The position numbers and the translations under genes were made by a program. This document shows, in pieces, positions 48,901-57,224 of a stretch of 64,000 nucleotides of DNA. The notes beneath the pieces are model-generated. The model was not told the origin of the DNA. It did not search any database and saw only the letters and a list, made by a program, of their open reading frames with translations. Every line of letters begins with the position of its first letter. Within the stretch, counting starts at the first letter, position 1. Source of the DNA: Planctomycetota bacterium (lineage in GTDB: Bacteria > Planctomycetota > GCA-002687715 > CAIWVZ01); contig JBGANV010000009.1 of the NCBI GenBank assembly GCA_044222185.1, positions 128,001-192,000 of the forward strand, read 5' to 3'.

Positions 48901-49466
48901 TCGGCGTGCGCGTGTCGGCGAGCTCGCAGGTCGCCGTGCAGCGCTCGCAGCTCCTCGGGGCACCGGCACTCGGCGTGCTCGCCGGGTCCACGGCGTTCGC
49001 CAGCGACGGTACGGCCAGCTCCGTGACCGTGGCCGGCGCGTCGCGCCTGACGACGGCCGAGCTGACGAGCCCCGCGCCCACGGTCGACGCGACGTCGACA
49101 CTCGGCGCCCTCGGCGGACTGATGCCGGCGCTCGACGGCCCCCGGTTCCCGCGCATCAACGAGGCGTTCGCCCTGGGGTTCGACGCGGCCCCGACGACGC
49201 CGTGGCTCCTTCTGATCTCCGGGGGCGCGGCCTTCGTCGACACGCTGGCGCCGGCGGTCGAGATGGTCGTGCTGCTCGATCCGGCGACGGCGACCCTGCT
49301 GGATTCTCGGGCGACGGATGCGATCGGCCACGACGCTTTCCCCGTGCGGGTGCCCGCTCAGCCGGCGATCGTCGGATTCTCCGTCGAGCTCCAGGCCTTC
49401 GCCGTGGATCCGGCGACGCTGACGGTCAGGGCGTCGAACGTGCTGGGGCTGACGATCACCCCCTGA
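42930..49466 (+). CDS. Giant secreted beta-helix repeat protein (adhesin-like) with FN3-like and shared C-terminal domain
   Basis: Signal peptide ...VPAQA; WTNGGNWS start motif; G/T/V-rich repeats; LTWTSTAESGIAAYVVER (FN3-like); C-terminal VPAQPAIVGFSVELQAFAVDP...ASNVLGLTITP. Confidence 0.88.
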   Translation: MQHRHSFAAAWVAASVVAISALVPAQAALTDSWTGLVSAEWTNGGNWSLGSPPSVADQAVIPTPQPGRFDPQVGLVDVTCGALTVNSGATLTLIGHRLTAFGSLTNAGQITKTAAPGALLVLAGGGTVSSFGACTVDVSVTSAVGAANANLFLGTNLFVTGSFQVGNFGSLTVAGNLTVNNGNLIVPNSLTVVTVGGNVSLSNMPQTTFATFQVSGNWFSDASYSTNSGVVTFTGTSPQTITGAGLFPSITVAPGAVVVTAGALTIAGDLFVGGVLQNGGAVTAGSLAFGVTVITGSVLGPGPVVLSGTGAITIGPNATIAALEIAILPQATFALAADTHFTGNFTLTSGILNVNGRKLTVDGTATFHGGILTSGGNAASELDLNGPVVFSGTTTPAGATPPTIRASSSWSADGTFNPTNGTVTFDGVTQTLAGPAPRFFGLTIAAGSATNLVATPLVSGTLTVAGTLALAANLDLAGGLAVTGTVAGPARLRLVGSAFTGLAFSGSVANLEVAKDTNAVTVAAQGPLTLNNFRLSAGRFATNGSTVTVNGAGEFVGGILSHGGFGGTLDLNGSTSFSGTAAENPTLPFIRCSGSWNADATFAPTAGTIEFDGTSPQTISGGGPRFFDLTLDPGSAVTLGSAIAVLGALQVNGGLGLPWPATVSGSVGVAATGSITGSARLRMVGSSASLSGIVPRLECAKSAGQAVMLSGTTTTQDLLATSGTINTNGSTFTVDGPAVLNDSRLSHGGFGGAFDFNGNVTLANTVAEPGLVPLIRAAGHWTADGAFAPNNSPVIFDGTAPQTITGSSLGFFDLTIQSGANVTTQAPLGVLGRLSVAGTLTSNVTLTVTGQVDVATAGQLLGTGLLRVVGPSSTIAGVIPHLECARPATETTALLGTTTVSDFVLTSGRFAINGSTFTVNGPATFVGGKLSHGGFGGLVDLNGNATFVGTTPDGTAVPQIRISGNWTSGASFAPAAGLVTFDGTTPQTIGGTSVAFFDLTIQAGANVTALAPIAVLGRLNVSGTLTSNFTVTATGQVDVFASGQVLGSGILRIVGNSSALQGSIPHLEIARPTGQTTSLSGSLTVADFVLTSGTFSTNGSTLTVNGPATFNGGTLSHGGFGGLIDINGSAVFTSTIPDGQLVPLIRISGNWTSDAAFAPTNGTVIFDGTSSQTIGGSSVNFMHLTIQSGANVLASTPVLVAGNLQVDGAIALSGTMSVAGNVGVSGAGAVTGLGLLRMIGGNASVFGAIPHLEIAKASGAVVVLAGTLTDQDFRLTSGIFATNGATAIVNGPAVFAGGQISHAGFGGLFDLNGAASFTNTTVQAGLAPLIRASGSWSADAAFAPTNGMVIFDGTTPQSIGGTTVKFSDLTIQAGAVVTASVPLSVTGNFQVEGTLTPQADVAVAQGVVVGAVGILGGPGTLRLVGQNSALSGAVSRVEIAKASGQAVVLSGASSATELLQTSGGLTTNGATLTVNGPATFSGGTLSHGGFGGVLDLNGSATFFNTTFVGSLVPTIRVAGNFLADAAFAPSTGTLELDGTNPSTIASSVPSGVLTFAQLTIRNGIRRAAGAQTWRAQNVTIESSGTFSTQTSRVGVHLPTGSTAITANGVLDVPAGGELALGPATTLTVGSSGRLNLLGAPGNPARLRGEAGGGYAVTVGGMLAARDFVVEQPGSGGFTILQAATLAAAPDDFRRGVFDRPANVAGAVLLDVRRPVAAAFNDIGFQNSLGVAAAFNVRVTGGAPVGFTNWSGTFGGPTFEADPLGLVTWGSAATATVNGFTASAATYSALLTWTSTAESGIAAYVVERAIGPGAFVTVGVAPATGPGAYQTLDGDVLAGVTYAWRLSSVAASGVVTVLANTSATTGAPAPASANILTVGPGGFPSIQAAIVAATVPSSLIRVRPGTYPAFTVASVPVGGLRISGDGTGPVVVDTASAPVRIQNTPAGRSVELADLTIGSAGSPNGGLEITGCAGPVIVDRVLVNGGSGPAPFGVRVSASSQVAVQRSQLLGAPALGVLAGSTAFASDGTASSVTVAGASRLTTAELTSPAPTVDATSTLGALGGLMPALDGPRFPRINEAFALGFDAAPTTPWLLLISGGAAFVDTLAPAVEMVVLLDPATATLLDSRATDAIGHDAFPVRVPAQPAIVGFSVELQAFAVDPATLTVRASNVLGLTITP
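44000..47600 (+). repeat. Intragenic tandem repeats, 555 bp (185 aa) period
   Basis: His codon of SH(G/A)GFGG at 44613, 45168, 45723, 46278, 46833 and 47388, plus a degenerate earlier copy; boundaries approximate. Confidence 0.92.
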
Positions 49467-49577
49467 TGGCGGCCCCGGCCGCGAATCTCGCGGAGGGGCG
49501 CGAATCGTTGTCCAACTTCGGCGGCTCGTGCGACTGAGGGGCAGCAGGGACCACCTGGACGGTCCTGGAGCACCTCT

Positions 49578-52500
49578 ATGATCAGTCGTTTCGCATGTGT
49601 CGTCTTCGCGTTGCAACTCGCCGTGGGTGCGGCGTCGGGCCTGGCCCAGAACTCACTCATGGATCAGGACTACCGTTCGCCGGGCTTCTTTCACCGCATC
49701 CGCGTGAGCCCCGGTGACCGGGTCGACCAGCGGCTCCGGGGGTCCGGAGCCATCACGCGCCGGGAGGACTACGGTCCGTTCTCCCTCCTCGTCGTGGACG
49801 AGCGGTCGCTCGGCGGGCGTGACGCGCTGGTGGCGCTCGACGCCGAGATCCGCGACTTCGAAGCGGTCGTCACGTTCATCGGCGCACCCATCGACACGGC
49901 CCTGTCGAATGCGACGGAGAACGCCCGGTCCGCGATCCCTGCCGAGTTCCGTGCGGGTGCCATCGCGACGGCATCGCAGACCGTCGTCGTGCAGTTCGCC
50001 GGGCCGATCCGTGACGAGTGGCTTGCCGCCCTCGGGGCGACGGGCGCGAAGCTCGTCGAGTACGTGCCCTACAACGCGTGCATCGTCGAGGTCGATCCGA
50101 CGTCGGCGGGCCGCTTTGCGGCATTCCGCAGCGATCCTGCCGTGCAGTGGTCGGCCCCCCTCGATCCATGGTTCAAGCTCGACATATACCTGCGTTCCAT
50201 GGAGATGCGTGCACGGCCGGAGGTCGACGTCTGGGTGCAGGTCCAGGACGGGCTCGACGGCGACGTCATCGCGGACTACCTGGCGGCGATGGGCGCCACG
50301 GTGCTTGGTGAAGACATGTTCGTCCTCGCGTTCCGCGACATGCACGTGCGGATTCCCACGGCGATCCTTCCCGTCCTGGCGGCAGCTCCCGCGGTCACGG
50401 CCGTGACGGCGGCGCCGGTCGGACGGCTTCTGGACGAGGGACAGGGCCTGATCATGGCCACCCAGCCCCTCACGCTCGCCAACAGCTACATGAACTGGCT
50501 CGTGAACGGCGCGGGGCTCTCCGCTCCGGCGACGAACGGGTTCATCATCGACGTGTCGGACGACGGCATCGACCAGGGCAGCCTCACGACCGTCAACCCC
50601 GAGTTCCGCGTGGGCGGCGTCCCCGGCGGCGCGAATCGCGTCCTGTACTACAACCAGTGGAGCTCGAGTCCGACGACGGCGTCGATCGCCGGCCACGGCA
50701 ACATCAACGCGTCGATCCTCGGCGGTTATCAGGCCACGGCAGGCGTGCCGCCGATCGCGGGAGACTCGAACTTCTACCGGCGCGGGCTCGGGATCATGCC
50801 GTGGGCCAGCCTCGGCGCGTCCAAGATCTTCAGCGACACCGGCGGATTGACGGCGACCTCGAAGGTCACGATCGCGGCGAGTGCCTACGCGTCGGGGGCG
50901 CGCATCACGAGCCATTCGTGGGGCGAGATGATCAGCGGGACGTCGACACCGTACACGACCTACGGCACGTCTGCGCAGGCCTACGACACCGTCGTTCGCG
51001 ACGGGAACACGTCAGGGGCATTCCCGGGGAACAACGAGTTCGTCGTCGTGTTCGCCGCGGGCAACTCGGGACCTGGTACGACGACCGTGTCATCTCCGGG
51101 CTGCGCGAAGAACGTTCTGACGGTTGGCGCCTCGGAAGTGCAGCGCCAGAACGGCACCGACGGCTGCGGCATCACGAACTCCTCGGCGGATAGCGCGAAC
51201 GACCTGGCGTCATTCTCGTCACGAGGCCCCACGGCGGATGGACGGATCAAGCCGGACGTCGTCGCTCCGGGCTCGCACATCACCGGCGCGGCGAGCCAGG
51301 CACCGGGCTACACCGGCGTCGGCGTCTGCGATCAGTACCTGCCGGCAGGGCAGACGCTGTACGCGCAGTCGTCCGGGACGAGTCACTCGACGCCCGCGGT
51401 CGCCGGCACCGCCGGCCTCCTCCGGCAATGGATGACGGAACGGCACCTGCCCCCGCCGTCGCCCGCCATGACGCGGGCGGCCATCATGGCGACGGCGCGG
51501 TACCTGAGCGGGTCCGGCGGTGGGGACACGCTTCCATCGAACGGCCAGGGCATGGGCTGCGTGGGGATGGGCCGGCTCTTCTCCGGCATCGGCAAGGCCT
51601 TCTACGACCAGCTCACCGTGCTCGGCTCGACCGGCGCGACGTGGTCGACCACACACACGATCGCGAACCCCGCGTCGCAGACCCGCGTGGGCCTCACGTG
51701 GACTGACGCTCCGGGCAGCCTCGTCGGCGGCGCCTGGAAGAACGACCTGGATCTCACGGTCACGGTCGGGGGCAGCATCGTCTACCGCGGCAACCGATTC
51801 GTGAACGACCTTTCCACCACCGGAGGCGTGAGCGACACGAAGAACAACGGCGAGTTCATCACGTTGCCCGCAGGCCTCGGAGGATCGATCACCATCACCG
51901 TCACGGCGGCGAACATCGTCGCGGATGGTGTCCCGGGTAACGGAGACACCACGGATCAGGACTTCGCCCTCTTCGTGGACAACGTGAACGGATGCTGCCA
52001 GCCGCAGATCACGGCGCAGTCGCCGAACGTCCAGTCGTGCGCGGCCAATTCCGCCACGCTGTTCGTGACCGCGACCGCGAGCTGTGGCGTGCCGCTCTAC
52101 TATCAGTGGTACTTCGGCTCGAACGCGATCCCGGGCGCCAATGCGTCGACCTACTTCATCCCCAGCGTGAACGCGGCCGCGCAGGGCACGTATCACTGCA
52201 CCGTTTCCACGCCGTGTCTTTCGATCGACGGATCGTCGGGCATCAACGTCGGCCCCGCGTCGCTGAACGTCGCGACTCAGCCGATCAGTGCCACCACGGT
52301 GTGCCCTTCCGCGTCGACGATCTCCGCGTCGTTCGTGTGCAACGGGACGGCACCGATCACCTACCAGTGGAGGAAGGCCGGTGTCGCCATCGCGGGTGCG
52401 ACGGCGAGTACGCTCACGCTGAATCGTGTCGAGGCGTCGCAAGGCGTCTACGACTGCGTCGCCACGGGGCCGTGTCAGTCTTTGACCTCGCAGCCGTGGA

Positions 52501-54989
52501 CCGTCACGATCCTCGACCCGGTCTCCGTGGCGTCGATCACGGGCCCGAGCAGCGTCGCCTGCATCGGCAGCTCTGCGACGTTCACGGCCGTCGCAGCCGG
52601 GGATGGCCCGTTCACCTATCAGTGGAGGCACGACGGGGTGAACATCGCGGGCGCGACGAGCGCGACTTACACCAACTCCAACGTCGCGCAGGCGGACGGA
52701 GGCGGCTATGCGGTGTTCGTCACGGGGCCGTGCGGATCCATCCTGTCGTCCACGGTCAACATGCTGGTCACGACCGTGCCGACGGTGAGCATCACCGCCT
52801 CGACGGCGACGCCTTGCCAAGGGTCGACGATGACGTTCACCGCGACGTCGGTCGGCCTTGGCATCACGTACACGTGGTTGAAGGGAGGCGTGGCGATCGC
52901 CGGTGCGCCGAACGCGGCGATCTACTCGCCGACGGTGACGGCGGGCTTCGCCGGCTCGTACGCCTGCCGCGCGACGAACGCCTGCGGCACGGCGACGTCT
53001 GCGGCCATTCCCATCACCGTGTCGACGTCACCGACGGGCACCATCACCGCCACGACGCAGACTCCGTGCGTCGGGAGCACGCTGACGTTCAATGCCGTGG
53101 CCGTGGGCGGAGGCACCATCAACTACAGCTGGCAGAAGGACTCGGTAACGATCTCGAGTGCGCCGAACGCGCCCACCTTCACGATCTCGCCGGTGACGGC
53201 GGCGACGACGGGGACCTACACCTGTCGCGTGTCGTCCGTCTGCGGGTTCTCGTTCACCAATTCGATCGCGGTCACGGCCCTCGCCGCTCCGACGGTCACG
53301 GTGAACGCGAGTTCGACGACATTGTGTCAGGGCGGGCCTTTGACGTTGACGGCGACGGCCACCGGCGGCGGCCCGTACACGTACCAGTGGAAGCTCGGCG
53401 GCTCGGCGATCTCGGGCGCGCCGAACGCGGCCACCTACTCGATTGCCGCGGTCAACGCGGCCCAGGGCGGTAGCTACACCTGCACGGTGCAGAACGCCTG
53501 CAACACGGCGACGAGCGCTCCCGTGGTCGTCACGGTGAACACGCCGCCGGCGCCCAGCATCGGCGGTGCGTCCAATCCGTGCGCGGGGAGCTTCGTGACG
53601 ATCTCCGTCACGCCGACGGGCACGACGCCGTTCACCTACGTCTGGCAGAAGAACGGATCGACCGTCCCGGGTGCGACCGGGCCGTCGATCTCGTTCACGC
53701 CCGTGACGGTGAACGACGCGGGGACCTACAACTGCCTCGTGACGAACCTGTGTGCGACGGTTTCGACGGCGCCGTTCGTCCTCTCGGTGAGGAGCGTGCC
53801 GGCCGTGACGTCGATCACGCCGAGTCAGGCGGTTTGTGCCGGATCGCCGGTGAACATCACGGTCGTCGCCACGGGATCGGGTCCGCTGACCTACGCGTGG
53901 ACGAAGAACGGATCCGCCCTCGTGGGCGCACCCAACGCACCCACGCTCACTCTGCCAGCGGTCACGGCGGCGGACGTTGGCAACTACGTGTGCACCGTGA
54001 CGAACAGCTGCACGTCCACGCCGAGCCCGGCGTGCGCGATCAGCCTCGGCGCGGCGACGACGGTCAACGCGCCGACGTCCGCCAGCGTGTGTGAGGGGTT
54101 GCCCGCGTCGTTCTCCGTGACTGCAACGGGGACGGGCACGCTGGTCTATCAGTGGCGGAAGGACGCCGCGCCGATCGCGGGCGCGACGGGCTCGACGTAC
54201 TCGATCGCCGCGGTCGTGCCGTCGGACGTGGGAGCCTACGACTGCGTGGTGACGGGTGCGTGCAGCACGGTCACCTCGGCAGCGGCGACGCTCACGGTGA
54301 CGGCTCCGCCGATCACGGCGCTCGCGCCGACGCAGATCGCGCCCATGACGCCGGCGTCGCCGCCGGTCGTCGTGACGGTGGCGGGCACGTGCTTCCCGAT
54401 CGGCAGCGTGGTCTATGCCAACAACGTCCCGCTCGCCACGACGTTCGTCGGGGCGACGACGCTGCAGGCGCTGCTGCCGCCGGCGATCGCGCAGACGCAG
54501 TTCGCGGGCGGGATCGGCTTCGCGGTGAAGTCGCCCGGCGGATTGGCGTCGAACCTGGCCATGATGGACGTGGGTGGCCCGTGGACGAACGCCGGTGGCA
54601 TCCGCATGGATCCGCTGGATGTGGTCCCCGGTACGTTCACGCGCTTCGTGATCGAGGGCGGGACGCCGCTGAGCCCGGTGACGATGGTTGCAGACCTCGG
54701 CGGTGGCGTGTCGGTGGCGCCGTGGCCTGATCCCACGGGCAACTACGTCCTGGCCGTCACGCCCTACGGTGGTGCGGCCGGACCGTTCCTCGCGGTGTTC
54801 GACGGGTTCGGCATCTTCAATCCGCCGGACGGTGCGGCGCTGGATGGGAACGGGAGATTCGTGTCGCCTTCGTTCCAGCTCCCGCCGGTCGCGATCGGCT
54901 ACCACGTCACGTTCCAGGCCGTCTTCGTGGACGGCGCCGCACCGCTCGGCGTCAACCTGACGTACGCGGTGTACCCGATCGAGTTCTAA
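49578..54989 (+). CDS. Secreted S8 subtilase (KP-43-like) with 9 Ig-like domains, IPT and shared C-terminal domain
   Basis: DVSDDGID (Asp), GHGNINAS (His), FAAGNSG, AKNVLTVGA, FSSRGP.ADGRIKPD, SGTSHSTP (Ser), LTWTD..NDLDL; nine Y(Q/T/S/V/A)W...G.Y.(C/V) Ig repeats. Confidence 0.93.
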   Translation: MISRFACVVFALQLAVGAASGLAQNSLMDQDYRSPGFFHRIRVSPGDRVDQRLRGSGAITRREDYGPFSLLVVDERSLGGRDALVALDAEIRDFEAVVTFIGAPIDTALSNATENARSAIPAEFRAGAIATASQTVVVQFAGPIRDEWLAALGATGAKLVEYVPYNACIVEVDPTSAGRFAAFRSDPAVQWSAPLDPWFKLDIYLRSMEMRARPEVDVWVQVQDGLDGDVIADYLAAMGATVLGEDMFVLAFRDMHVRIPTAILPVLAAAPAVTAVTAAPVGRLLDEGQGLIMATQPLTLANSYMNWLVNGAGLSAPATNGFIIDVSDDGIDQGSLTTVNPEFRVGGVPGGANRVLYYNQWSSSPTTASIAGHGNINASILGGYQATAGVPPIAGDSNFYRRGLGIMPWASLGASKIFSDTGGLTATSKVTIAASAYASGARITSHSWGEMISGTSTPYTTYGTSAQAYDTVVRDGNTSGAFPGNNEFVVVFAAGNSGPGTTTVSSPGCAKNVLTVGASEVQRQNGTDGCGITNSSADSANDLASFSSRGPTADGRIKPDVVAPGSHITGAASQAPGYTGVGVCDQYLPAGQTLYAQSSGTSHSTPAVAGTAGLLRQWMTERHLPPPSPAMTRAAIMATARYLSGSGGGDTLPSNGQGMGCVGMGRLFSGIGKAFYDQLTVLGSTGATWSTTHTIANPASQTRVGLTWTDAPGSLVGGAWKNDLDLTVTVGGSIVYRGNRFVNDLSTTGGVSDTKNNGEFITLPAGLGGSITITVTAANIVADGVPGNGDTTDQDFALFVDNVNGCCQPQITAQSPNVQSCAANSATLFVTATASCGVPLYYQWYFGSNAIPGANASTYFIPSVNAAAQGTYHCTVSTPCLSIDGSSGINVGPASLNVATQPISATTVCPSASTISASFVCNGTAPITYQWRKAGVAIAGATASTLTLNRVEASQGVYDCVATGPCQSLTSQPWTVTILDPVSVASITGPSSVACIGSSATFTAVAAGDGPFTYQWRHDGVNIAGATSATYTNSNVAQADGGGYAVFVTGPCGSILSSTVNMLVTTVPTVSITASTATPCQGSTMTFTATSVGLGITYTWLKGGVAIAGAPNAAIYSPTVTAGFAGSYACRATNACGTATSAAIPITVSTSPTGTITATTQTPCVGSTLTFNAVAVGGGTINYSWQKDSVTISSAPNAPTFTISPVTAATTGTYTCRVSSVCGFSFTNSIAVTALAAPTVTVNASSTTLCQGGPLTLTATATGGGPYTYQWKLGGSAISGAPNAATYSIAAVNAAQGGSYTCTVQNACNTATSAPVVVTVNTPPAPSIGGASNPCAGSFVTISVTPTGTTPFTYVWQKNGSTVPGATGPSISFTPVTVNDAGTYNCLVTNLCATVSTAPFVLSVRSVPAVTSITPSQAVCAGSPVNITVVATGSGPLTYAWTKNGSALVGAPNAPTLTLPAVTAADVGNYVCTVTNSCTSTPSPACAISLGAATTVNAPTSASVCEGLPASFSVTATGTGTLVYQWRKDAAPIAGATGSTYSIAAVVPSDVGAYDCVVTGACSTVTSAAATLTVTAPPITALAPTQIAPMTPASPPVVVTVAGTCFPIGSVVYANNVPLATTFVGATTLQALLPPAIAQTQFAGGIGFAVKSPGGLASNLAMMDVGGPWTNAGGIRMDPLDVVPGTFTRFVIEGGTPLSPVTMVADLGGGVSVAPWPDPTGNYVLAVTPYGGAAGPFLAVFDGFGIFNPPDGAALDGNGRFVSPSFQLPPVAIGYHVTFQAVFVDGAAPLGVNLTYAVYPIEF

Positions 54990-55020
54990 AAACCGGAACG
55001 CCGCGTTCCACGCGGCCGGA

Positions 55021-55044
55021 CGGGCGAGGCTCCAGCCTCGCCCG
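55021..55044. terminator. GC hairpin between convergent genes (possible bidirectional terminator or REP-like element)
   Basis: CGGGCGAGGCT-CC-AGCCTCGCCCG 11-bp inverted repeat; no U-tract. Confidence 0.4.
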
Positions 55045-55133
55045 CGTGCTCGCACCGGCCCGTGGGCGCCGCCGAGGGCGCGGCCGAGTCCGCCGCGCTC
55101 GGCGGGTCGGCCAAGCCGTACGGTTCGCGCCGT

Positions 55134-56855
55134 TCAGGGCATGAAGAGCACCTGCATGCCGTTCGAGACGTGATACGGAACTGGCGACCCGACGGGCAGG
55201 ATCTCCGCCGTCTGGAGGTACGCCGAGAAGCCCGCGAGCGATGGCGTGCGGATGTTGACGACTCCAAGCGCCGCGGCACCGGTGGCGTCGGCCGCGTACC
55301 CAAGGGGAGATCCCGCCACGAGCTGATTCAGCTCGATGTACGCGAACCCGCCGAGGGGAAGGGGCGCGTTGGCAGGCGCGAGCGACGCGAAGAGCCATGC
55401 CGTACCAAGTGGCGTCAGACCACTGGTCACGATCGTCCCGGTCTGCCCGGTGATCGGACTCCACGTGAGCGCGAGCGTCTGAACCGTTCCACCGCCCGTC
55501 ACGCCATACGTTCCGGCGCCGGCGTGGCTCGCGAGATACACGGCCCCCGCGCGAGCCGTGCCCGGCACGGGGCTCGCGAACATGGATCCGACGAGGATCT
55601 CGCCGATACCGTCACCCGTCAGATCTCCGCCGTCGTCGAGGGACCACCCGAACATCTGGTCCGTGGACGAGCCGTCGATCCGGTCGATGTACGACCCCGT
55701 CGAACCCCGCAGGAACAGGACACCACCGGGGTACGGCAGGATCGGGGGCGCAGCCAACGTGTCGACGCCGACGGCAACGTCCGGGACGCCGTCGCCATCC
55801 ACGTCGCCGGTGGCGCTGACGGCCCTGGCGCCGATCGTCGGCTTGGTCCAGAGCACCGATCCACTTGCGCCGGAATAGACGAGCATGGAACCCGCGCCGA
55901 GATTCGGAACGCCCGCGGTCACGCTGCCCGTGCACAGTACCGCGACGTCGGGGATCTGGTCACCGTCCACGTCGCCGATCGCGGCGACCGCACGGCCGAT
56001 GCCGTCGAGCGTGAGCGAGGGTGAAACCAGAATCCGGATGAGTGCGCTGCTCGCACCGGAATACAGGTACACGGCGCCGGCGCGGAATCCGTTCGGCAGC
56101 TGCGGCCCTCCGAACGGGGCTCCCACGGCGATGTCAGCGACGCCGTCGCCATCGAGGTCGCCGACGGACCGGACGCAGTCACCGAATTCGCCACCCACGA
56201 GGCCATCCGTGAGCACGCGGATCACGAGACCCGTCGCGCCGCTGAAGATCCGCACGACGCCCGCGAGCGCCGGCGTCGCGATCGTGGCGTACTGCGAAGG
56301 CGTCCCTGGAGCACTGACGGCGAAATCCGGGACTCCATCGTTGTCGATGTCACCGACACCGGCCACGGCCGCGCCCTGATGGTCGCCGGTCGTCCCGGCC
56401 CCGATCGTGAGCCGCACGAGTCCAGTCGCGCCCGAGTAGAGGTAGGCGCTTCCGGACCAATTGAGCGGGCTCGTCGTCGGCCCCGCGCCGATGGCGCTCA
56501 CGACGAAATCGGAACGGCCGTCGCCGTCGGTGTCGCCCACGTTGGCGATCGCGCCTCCGAAGTAGTCCCCAGCAGCGGCGCCGCCGATCGTTCGGATCAC
56601 CTGCCGCGTCGCCCCGGAAATCACCTTGACGAGGCCGGTGCCGGCGATCGTCGCCTGGGTCGCTCCCGCGAGGAAGTCGGCGGTCCCGTCGCCATCGACA
56701 TCGCCGAGTCTGGCGACCGAGGCCCCGAGGCGGTCGTCTTGCAGCGTTCCGGTGACCGTGATGAGCGGGCCGAGGATCTGCTGAGCCGAGGCCGTTGCAC
56801 TTGCAAGTGCGATCACTGCGACCGCGAGGCGTCGCGCCGTGGCGTGGTGGATCAT
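55134..56855 (-). CDS. Secreted FG-GAP (integrin-alpha-like) beta-propeller protein with shared C-terminal domain
   Basis: Signal ...ATASAQ; seven GD(V/T/I/L)(D/T)(G/N)D repeats; C-terminus ADATGAA...PSLAGFSAYLQ...VSNGMQVLFMP. Confidence 0.9.
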   Translation of the reverse strand: MIHHATARRLAVAVIALASATASAQQILGPLITVTGTLQDDRLGASVARLGDVDGDGTADFLAGATQATIAGTGLVKVISGATRQVIRTIGGAAAGDYFGGAIANVGDTDGDGRSDFVVSAIGAGPTTSPLNWSGSAYLYSGATGLVRLTIGAGTTGDHQGAAVAGVGDIDNDGVPDFAVSAPGTPSQYATIATPALAGVVRIFSGATGLVIRVLTDGLVGGEFGDCVRSVGDLDGDGVADIAVGAPFGGPQLPNGFRAGAVYLYSGASSALIRILVSPSLTLDGIGRAVAAIGDVDGDQIPDVAVLCTGSVTAGVPNLGAGSMLVYSGASGSVLWTKPTIGARAVSATGDVDGDGVPDVAVGVDTLAAPPILPYPGGVLFLRGSTGSYIDRIDGSSTDQMFGWSLDDGGDLTGDGIGEILVGSMFASPVPGTARAGAVYLASHAGAGTYGVTGGGTVQTLALTWSPITGQTGTIVTSGLTPLGTAWLFASLAPANAPLPLGGFAYIELNQLVAGSPLGYAADATGAAALGVVNIRTPSLAGFSAYLQTAEILPVGSPVPYHVSNGMQVLFMP

Positions 56856-57224
56856 GACGGGCTCGAGTTCTCCAAGGGTTGGCACTTCGATGGCAGGGCT
56901 GGCAAGCCCATTGCAACCCGCCTGCCGTATCTTCGCTGGCCCCGTGAACCGCCGGAAATCAGCTGCGTCACGCGGAGACCCGACCGAGTGGGGCGGTCGC
57001 GGCTCGTTACCCCGTGGTGACGCCAGCGGATGATCGAGGGCACCAGGCTCCGGCGATCGCCAAGTCCCTGCGATCCCCGGGCCCCGTCGTCGGACTCCGC
57101 GCTTCTGGCACGGGAAGTTGTCCGATTGCGCCATCTCGTGCGACTTTCCAGATGCGGCGGCGGACCTGGTAGCGGGAGCTGCCGGAGCCGTCTACCCTCC
57201 GACGACCGACTCCCCGCGGCATCC

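Noticed and set aside
42930-49466. Classical autotransporter or TpsA
   Set aside because: No C-terminal beta-barrel, no TPS (NPNG) domain and no TpsB neighbour.
43049-55055. Long Arg-rich alternative-frame ORFs (e.g. 43049..45787, 47457..49616, 53028..55055)
   Set aside because: Shadow ORFs expected from high GC3 codon bias.
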